A stretch of DNA of 32,000 nt from Candidatus Brocadia sp. (GTDB lineage: Bacteria > Planctomycetota > Brocadiia > Brocadiales > Brocadiaceae): assembly GCA_021650915.1 (NCBI GenBank), contig CP091279.1:2220001-2252000 (forward strand), read 5' to 3'. Both the position numbers and the translations under genes were made by a program. Positions 27,136-32,000 of this stretch are shown piece by piece (positions within the stretch are counted from its first letter, which is position 1; every line of letters starts with the position of its first letter). The notes under the pieces were generated by a model that saw nothing but the letters and a program-made list of their open reading frames with translations, was not told the DNA's origin and did no database searches.

Positions 27136-27924
27136 ATGAAGACTTTTAAACAGGTTCTTTTAACCTCTGCAATTGTATTTCTTTCCTTTATCGCCGCAAC
27201 GTCTTTGTTCGCCGGCGTTGGTGAGCACCTTCCTCCAGACCATTGGGATTACGAAGGTGAAAAGGGGCCCGACCATTGGGGTGAGCTAAAACGCAAATAT
27301 TGTAAGTGCAGGATCGGAAATATGCAGTCGCCAATTAATATTTCCATAACAAAAAAGGCCAAACTGAACGACATCATCTTTCATTACAACCCAACCCCCT
27401 TAAGGATCATAAATAACGGCCACACCATTCAGGTCAACTATAAAAGAGGAAGCTCAATTTCTATCGGTCACAGGACGTTTGAACTTATACAGTTTCATTT
27501 TCATACACCAAGTGAACATTTAATAAACGGAAAATCTTACGCCATGGAGGCGCATTTAGTACATAGGGGAAAGCATGGAAGATTAGCGGTTGTTGCCATA
27601 CTCATTGAGGAAGGACATGGAAATGCATTCATTGAAACACTGTGGAGTAACTTTCCGAAAGAAATGGGTGAAGAGCATATTGTCTCTGATGTAAGGATAT
27701 GCGCAAGCCAACTCCTTCCGAAGAATACCACAGCATACTATAAATATACTGGTTCTCTTACCACCCCACCGTGCAGCGAAATTGTGAGTTGGTTTATCTT
27801 GAAGTCGCCAATTGAGGTATCAAAAACGGAGTTGAGCAAGTTTACCTCACTGTTCAAACATAACGCAAGACCAATTCAGCCCGTTCATGGACGGGTCGTT
27901 AAGGAAAATTTGGTTCATTCGTAA
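27136..27924 (+). CDS. Alpha-class carbonic anhydrase with signal peptide
   Basis: GGAGG precedes the ATG. The signal is MKTFKQVLLTSAIVFLSFIAATSLFA. Supporting motifs are HWDYEG..GPDHWG, QSPINI, NNGHTIQV, zinc histidines in FHFHTPSEH and EAHLVH, and YTGSLTTPPCSE. Confidence 0.9.
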   Translation: MKTFKQVLLTSAIVFLSFIAATSLFAGVGEHLPPDHWDYEGEKGPDHWGELKRKYCKCRIGNMQSPINISITKKAKLNDIIFHYNPTPLRIINNGHTIQVNYKRGSSISIGHRTFELIQFHFHTPSEHLINGKSYAMEAHLVHRGKHGRLAVVAILIEEGHGNAFIETLWSNFPKEMGEEHIVSDVRICASQLLPKNTTAYYKYTGSLTTPPCSEIVSWFILKSPIEVSKTELSKFTSLFKHNARPIQPVHGRVVKENLVHS

Positions 27925-27977
27925 AAAAATTGAGAGATGATGCTCTCAACCATAGGAGCAGAATAATAAACGAGAGA

Positions 27978-28073
27978 GTTAATTATGCTTACCACATTGA
28001 GATTATTCCCCGTGATTTAGAGAAGACTGTGGGCTTCTACAGACTCCTTGGTTCCAGCGTTAAACAAAGATAG
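27978..28073 (+). pseudogene. Short remnant of a glyoxalase/VOC-family gene (N-terminal beta-alpha unit only)
   Basis: The frame reads VNYAYHIEIIPRDLEKTVGFYRLLGSSVKQR*, which matches the H-x-x-x-x-V-x-D-L-E-x-x-x-x-F-Y-x-x-x-L-G start of VOC proteins. There is no ATG, and a stop follows after about 31 codons. Confidence 0.3.
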
Positions 28074-28140
28074 AAAGTGGTAAGCGATAAAGAAAATCGT
28101 ATCTATCCGTGACACATTTTATAACAGAAGGAGGACGACC

Positions 28141-28788
28141 ATGTTACGGTACGCTGCAAGCTGTCTTATTCTCATAGCGGTATTCCTGCCAGTAGCCCTT
28201 GCCGCAGACACCAAGAATGTACCAAAGGCCATTGCATGGGAAAAAAGCCTTGATGATGCCGTTGCAAAGGCAAAGGCTGAGCATAAGGGTATTTTGCTGG
28301 ACTTCTTTGTTCCCACCTGAACCGGTTGCAAAACCCTGGGTGCCGTGACGTACCCTGATGCAGCAGTAAGAGAATTCATCAATAAAAATTTCATTCCTTT
28401 ACAAATCAACGTGCAAAGCGGTTCTGATCTTCCCGGCAAATACCGGGCATTCTGGACCCCAACAATTCTTGTGTTAGATTCCCTGGGCATCGAATATTAC
28501 CGGTTTAATGGTTTTTTGCCACCTGAAGAATTCCTGCCGCAATTACACTTTGGATTGGCTTTCATGGCGCTGGAAAGACAGGATTACAAGACTGCCAGTG
28601 CACAGTTGAAAGCAACGGTTGACCGGTATCCCAGGAGTGACATTGCCCCGGAGGCACAGTATTGGTATGGTGTTTCAGAATACAAGGGTTCTCACAACGT
28701 GGATGCGTTATTACAGGCATGGAGGAAAATCAGGAAAGATTATCCTCAAAGTATTTGGGCAAAGAAGGTGTCCTTTGTAAAGGATTGA
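28141..28788 (+). CDS. Exported thioredoxin-fold protein with a U-x-x-C (selenocysteine) redox motif and a TPR-like C-terminal domain
   Basis: AGGAGG (28129-28134) lies 6 nt before ATG 28141. The signal peptide is MLRYAASCLILIAVFLPVALA. The sequence KGILLDFFVPT-TGA-TGCK places TGA 28318-28320 at the first Cys of the W-C-x-x-C-K motif of DsbD-gamma/Thioredoxin_7-type proteins. It is in the same frame as track ORF 28345-28788. Confidence 0.7.
28338..28355 (+). promoter_or_regulatory. Candidate SECIS hairpin for the thioredoxin-like UGA
   Basis: GGGUGC (28338-28343), loop CGUGAC, GUACCC (28350-28355), giving 6 bp including one G-U pair. It starts 18 nt after the UGA and has GU in the loop. Confidence 0.35.
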
Positions 28789-28792
28789 TTCT

Positions 28793-29395
28793 TTAGGTTT
28801 CTTTCCAGTCAATCAGTCGGGGAATCTTTGCGGGAGGGGTACAACGGATAATCTCAGCCAGGAGTTTCTCAGGGTCGTGAGATGTCATAATCAAACGGCG
28901 ATGTTTGGTCTGTATGAAGCGTTCCTTCAATACGTGCTGGATAAAGGCCAGCAGCAGATCAAAATAGCCGTCTGTGTTGAGCAGTCCAATGGGTTTCGTA
29001 TGGAGACCCAGTTGTGCCCAGGTGAGTATCTCAAAAAGCTCATCGAATGTGCCAAAACCGCCGGGCATGGCAATGAAGGCATCGGAGAGTTCTGCCATCA
29101 TAGCCTTTCGCTCGTGCATACTTGATACCACGCGGAGTTCCGTCAGGCCGGCGTGCGCAAACTCTTTCGAGACGAGGGCATGGGGAATTACGCCAATAAC
29201 CTCGCCCTTCTCCCGCAAAACGGCGTCTGCTATCTCTCTCATCAGGCCAATACTCCCCCCCCCGTAGACAAGCCCGATTCCCTGCGAGACCATGACCTTG
29301 CCAAGTTGCCGGGCAGTGGCGGTATATTCTGGCCGTGCGCCGCGCCTGGAGCCACAAAAGACACAGATACGTTTTATCGAAGGAGTATCACCCAT
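28793..29395 (-). CDS. LOG-family protein (cytokinin riboside 5'-monophosphate phosphoribohydrolase-like, TIGR00730 type)
   Basis: Supporting motifs are ICVFCGS, LVYGGGSIGLM and the PGGFGTFDELFE signature. Confidence 0.85.
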   Translation of the reverse strand: MGDTPSIKRICVFCGSRRGARPEYTATARQLGKVMVSQGIGLVYGGGSIGLMREIADAVLREKGEVIGVIPHALVSKEFAHAGLTELRVVSSMHERKAMMAELSDAFIAMPGGFGTFDELFEILTWAQLGLHTKPIGLLNTDGYFDLLLAFIQHVLKERFIQTKHRRLIMTSHDPEKLLAEIIRCTPPAKIPRLIDWKET

Positions 29396-29406
29396 AGATC
29401 TTTTGT

Positions 29407-29533
29407 AACAATCTAGCTTTTTGAAAAATTCTCTCCATAAATAATATTGTCTTGTAGGGGCAGGTTTAAAACCTGCCCCTACACGGCATGGTAAACATCG
29501 CCTTTATTGGGATTTTTCAAAAAGCTAAATTGT
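29407..29533. repeat. Nested palindromic intergenic element
   Basis: The outer arms ACAATCTAGCTTTTTGAAAAAT (29407-29429) and ATTTTTCAAAAAGCTAAATTGT (29511-29533) are about 21/22 complementary. The central hairpin pairs GTAGGGGCAGG (29454-29464) with CCTGCCCCTAC (29472-29482). Confidence 0.7.
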
Positions 29534-29541
29534 ATGATCTT

Positions 29542-29721
29542 TTATATTTTGGCGCCGGTCTTATACAAGGTGTTCAGGATGTTCATGGCCAATTCCATTG
29601 CCTGATCCTTTGTCAGGAGCAACTCATAGTCATCGGTATCTTTTTCACCTTCCACAACAATTTCAATCCCCTCTGTTCTCGCGACAACGACAATCTTTTT
29701 CTTCTCGTCCATACCGGCCAT
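29542..29721 (-). CDS. Small 59-aa protein of unknown function (below the ORF-track cutoff)
   Basis: It runs from ATG 29721 to TAA 29542-29544 and reads MAGMDEKKKIVVVARTEGIEIVVEGEKDTDDYELLLTKDQAMELAMNILNTLYKTGAKI. The start is 7 nt downstream of the sdhB-like stop, and the central hairpin of the palindromic element follows about 60 nt after its stop. Confidence 0.4.
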   Translation of the reverse strand: MAGMDEKKKIVVVARTEGIEIVVEGEKDTDDYELLLTKDQAMELAMNILNTLYKTGAKI

Positions 29722-29728
29722 CCTTTCT

Positions 29729-30463
29729 TTAAAAACATTTCTGCTGGATTTTGTGCTTCAGAATTTCCATTTTCAAATGAGCGATGGAACCGCTCGGATC
29801 AAGATCCTTTGGGCAAACCTCCTGGCAGTTGAAGACGGTATGGCAGCGCCACACGCCGTGTTCGTCGTCTACCATCGCCAGACGCTCTTCATGCGCTCCA
29901 TCCCTGGTGTCTGACACAAACCGGTCTGCCGTAAGAAACGCCATAGGGCCAAGATATTTTTCGTGCAATGCAGTGACCGGACACGAGGAATGACAGCAGG
30001 CGCAGAGGATGCAATCGATCAGCGCGTCCACCTTTGCTCTTTCTTCCGGACGCTGCAATCGTTCCCCACTTGCGGGAAACGGCTTACCGGGCATCAGGTA
30101 CGGCTTCATCTGTTCATACTTTTCCCAGAACGATTTCATGTCCACCACCAGGTCTTTCACCAGCGGCATATGGGCAAGGGGACGAATGGTAATCTTGCCC
30201 GATTTGAGTTTCAGTACCGGGGTATTGCAGGCAAGGCGATACTTTCCGTTGATATGCATGGCGCACGAACCACAGATGGCCGCCCGGCAGGAAGACCGGA
30301 ACGCAAGTGAATCATCCAGCCGCTGCTGAATGTAGTAAAGCCCCTCTAATACCGTCAGGTCCTTCCGGAGAAAAGGGATTTCATATTCCTGAAAGTATGG
30401 CTTCGCATCCTGTTCCGGATGAAACCGGAAAATCTGGAAAACAACCGTTTCGTGTGTTTGCAT
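29729..30463 (-). CDS. sdhB: Succinate dehydrogenase / fumarate reductase iron-sulfur subunit-like protein
   Basis: Cofactor motifs are 2Fe-2S (SCRAAICGSC...AC), 4Fe-4S (CILCACCHSSCP) and 3Fe-4S (CHTVFNCQEVCP). The start is ATG 30463, 4 nt after the ftsY stop, or alternatively TTG 30475, which would overlap ftsY by 8 nt. Confidence 0.85.
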   Translation of the reverse strand: MQTHETVVFQIFRFHPEQDAKPYFQEYEIPFLRKDLTVLEGLYYIQQRLDDSLAFRSSCRAAICGSCAMHINGKYRLACNTPVLKLKSGKITIRPLAHMPLVKDLVVDMKSFWEKYEQMKPYLMPGKPFPASGERLQRPEERAKVDALIDCILCACCHSSCPVTALHEKYLGPMAFLTADRFVSDTRDGAHEERLAMVDDEHGVWRCHTVFNCQEVCPKDLDPSGSIAHLKMEILKHKIQQKCF

Positions 30464-30467
30464 GAGA

Positions 30468-31808
30468 TCACTCAAACAAGGCGTTTACAAAGGCGTCGGG
30501 GTCGAATTTTTCTATATCATCCGCTTTTTCACCAATCCCGACGTATTTCACCGGGATGTTGATTTCATTCCGCATCCCCAGCACAAAACCACCCTTTGCC
30601 GTGCCGTCCAGCTTTGCCAAAAATATCCCGGTAACGTCTACTGCCTGCTTAAACAGCTTTGCCTGGGAAAGCGCATTTTGTCCCGTGGTGGCATCGAGCA
30701 CCATAAGCACCTCGTGAGGTGCGCCGGGAATCCTTTTGGAAATAACCCGCTTCATTTTGCTCAGCTCGTTCATAAGATTTTCATGAGTATGAAGACGCCC
30801 TGCGGTGTCTACAATTACCACATCAATGCCCCGTGCAATGCTTGCCTCCAGAGCATCATACGCCACGGCAGCGGGATCAGAGCCGGTTTGGTGTTTCACA
30901 ATCTCCGCCCCGATGCGCTTGCTCCAGATGTCCAGTTGCTCCACGGCAGCAGCCCGAAAGGTGTCGCTTGCGGCGACCATGACCTTCTTGCCGTCCTGAA
31001 TAAAGGTATTGGCGAGTTTAGCAATCGCCGTCGTCTTACCCACGCCATTAACCCCAACAACCAGAATAACGGTTGGGGGAGCGGGGGCATAATTGATGGT
31101 GGTTTGAAGGAACCGCAGACTTTCTTTCAATTTGTCTTTGATAAAATCATGTATCTGAGAGGTCTCCGTTATGGTCTTCGATTTCCACGCCTCGCGTAAC
31201 TCATGCATCAGGCTTTGAACCGCCTTTGCGCCAATGTCTGCACCGATCAGGATATCCTCTAATTCCTCAAGGACGGATTCATCGATCCCTCTCCTGAAGG
31301 CGAAGAGGCCTTTTAACCGTGACCAAAAACGGGTGCGGGTTTTCTCCAGGCTCTTTTTGAGTCTTTCTTCTACAACGGGAATTTCTTCCTGTATGGCAAC
31401 CGGCTCTTCTCCCAGGATGATTTCTGGCAACGGAAAAGCCAATTCTTCGGGAGTTATCAGGGTCTGGCTTCGCGCTTCACCTTTGTCATCTGGCGCTTCT
31501 GTGACGTCTACGGCCAATTCTTCCGTGGTTGCAGAGACGCCCTTTTCGGCTATCAGTATCTCTGTTTCCGAAGAAACAGAGACAAGTCGTATCGTGTCGC
31601 CTTCCACAATAACCTTTTTGGGAGGCTCAAAGGTAAACGTCTTAATTCTTGTCCAAAAACTCCGCCGGGGTTTTCCGGCGGCATTTCCCTGTTGTTGTGC
31701 TGCATCAGGCGATTGTTTTCTCCCGCTTTCCTGTGAAACAAGCGTCTTCGGTGTCTCTCGCTTTTTTTCTCCTGCGGTGTGTTTCTCTTTTTTTGACGGG
31801 TGTTCCAT
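30468..31808 (-). CDS. ftsY: Signal recognition particle receptor FtsY
   Basis: GGAGGT lies upstream of ATG 31808. It has a charged, low-complexity N-terminal domain followed by the NG domain with [20 protein letters not shown] and [10 protein letters not shown]-like ([10 protein letters not shown]) motifs. Confidence 0.9.
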   Translation of the reverse strand: MEHPSKKEKHTAGEKKRETPKTLVSQESGRKQSPDAAQQQGNAAGKPRRSFWTRIKTFTFEPPKKVIVEGDTIRLVSVSSETEILIAEKGVSATTEELAVDVTEAPDDKGEARSQTLITPEELAFPLPEIILGEEPVAIQEEIPVVEERLKKSLEKTRTRFWSRLKGLFAFRRGIDESVLEELEDILIGADIGAKAVQSLMHELREAWKSKTITETSQIHDFIKDKLKESLRFLQTTINYAPAPPTVILVVGVNGVGKTTAIAKLANTFIQDGKKVMVAASDTFRAAAVEQLDIWSKRIGAEIVKHQTGSDPAAVAYDALEASIARGIDVVIVDTAGRLHTHENLMNELSKMKRVISKRIPGAPHEVLMVLDATTGQNALSQAKLFKQAVDVTGIFLAKLDGTAKGGFVLGMRNEINIPVKYVGIGEKADDIEKFDPDAFVNALFE

Positions 31809-31832
31809 CAGGGTGTTACCTCCATGATATTT

Positions 31833-32000
31833 TTAGCGGGCCGGGCATCTTTGTCTCAATTTATCAACTAGGTCGCCCGGGATGGTGATTTTGGCAATGG
31901 GACAGTCGAGCCTTCTCTCACCATGAAAATCCGAACCACCGGTTACTGCAAGGTCATATTTCTTTGCAACCTTAAGGTACTTCCTGACGGTCTGGGGGGA
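31833..32000 (-). CDS. 3' end of a PHP-domain phosphoesterase-like gene (partial, continues beyond the window)
   Basis: The minus-strand frame reads ...KYDLAVTGGSDFHGERRLDCPIAKITIPGDLVDKLRQRCPAR* with the stop at 31833-31835. GGSDFHG is typical of the PHP C-terminal metal site. Confidence 0.5.
   Translation of the reverse strand, partial: SPQTVRKYLKVAKKYDLAVTGGSDFHGERRLDCPIAKITIPGDLVDKLRQRCPAR

Noticed and set aside
27930-27949. The hairpin TTGAGAG-ATGATG-CTCTCAA right after the carbonic anhydrase stop, considered as a terminator.
   Set aside because: It has only a 7-bp AT-rich stem with no downstream U-tract. It is preceded rather than followed by an A/T run, which is too weak to call.
28119-28490. 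A 123-aa minus-strand ORF covering the start of the thioredoxin-like gene.
   Set aside because: It is antisense to a plus-strand frame that has an RBS, a signal peptide and a thioredoxin-fold motif interrupted only by one TGA. The minus-strand translation has no recognisable features.

Overview
The window reads as an AT-leaning bacterial chromosomal segment with about 27 protein-coding genes and no rRNA, tRNA or CRISPR that I could see. An octaheme hydroxylamine-oxidoreductase (HAO) family cytochrome, a Wood-Ljungdahl-type formate dehydrogenase and the general gene style suggest an anammox-like planctomycete, but that is inference only.

Housekeeping genes: an alpha/beta hydrolase, a CsaA-like tRNA-binding protein, recN, an rluB-type pseudouridine synthase, thiC, murI, glutamine-dependent nadE, a LOG-family protein, an sdhB/frdB-like Fe-S subunit, ftsY and a PHP-domain fragment.

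Observations that the six-frame ORF track hides or splits:
1. Two selenoprotein genes with an in-frame TGA. One is a roughly 898-aa FdhA-type formate dehydrogenase (24338-27034, TGA at 25409-25411, followed by an fdhF-like SECIS hairpin). The other is a signal-peptide-bearing thioredoxin-fold protein whose CxxC motif reads U-T-G-C (28141-28788, TGA at 28318-28320). An alpha-carbonic anhydrase lies between them.
2. An accessory patch at 8.1-13.1 kb. It holds nested palindromes and a 1.85-kb IS whose DDE transposase is broken by a +1 frame change in a G7 run. A second, decayed and 5'-truncated IS copy abuts it tail-to-tail, with the two right ends only 2 bp apart. An HAO-family gene that keeps the Tyr equivalent to the N. 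europaea cross-linking Tyr467 follows, and then a convergent Cache-HAMP-PAS sensor that stops where a kinase core would normally begin.
3. A visibly GC-richer two-gene exported module (17493-19203). It encodes a lipoprotein with a His-Gly ... Ser-Cys pattern reminiscent of clan-CD (gingipain/caspase-fold) peptidases and a secreted partner of unknown function.
4. A 59-aa ORF below the track cutoff, downstream of an orphan sdhB-like gene that is translationally coupled to ftsY.
5. A 127-bp nested palindromic intergenic element (29407-29533).

All functional calls rest on motif recognition by eye. No database search was run.
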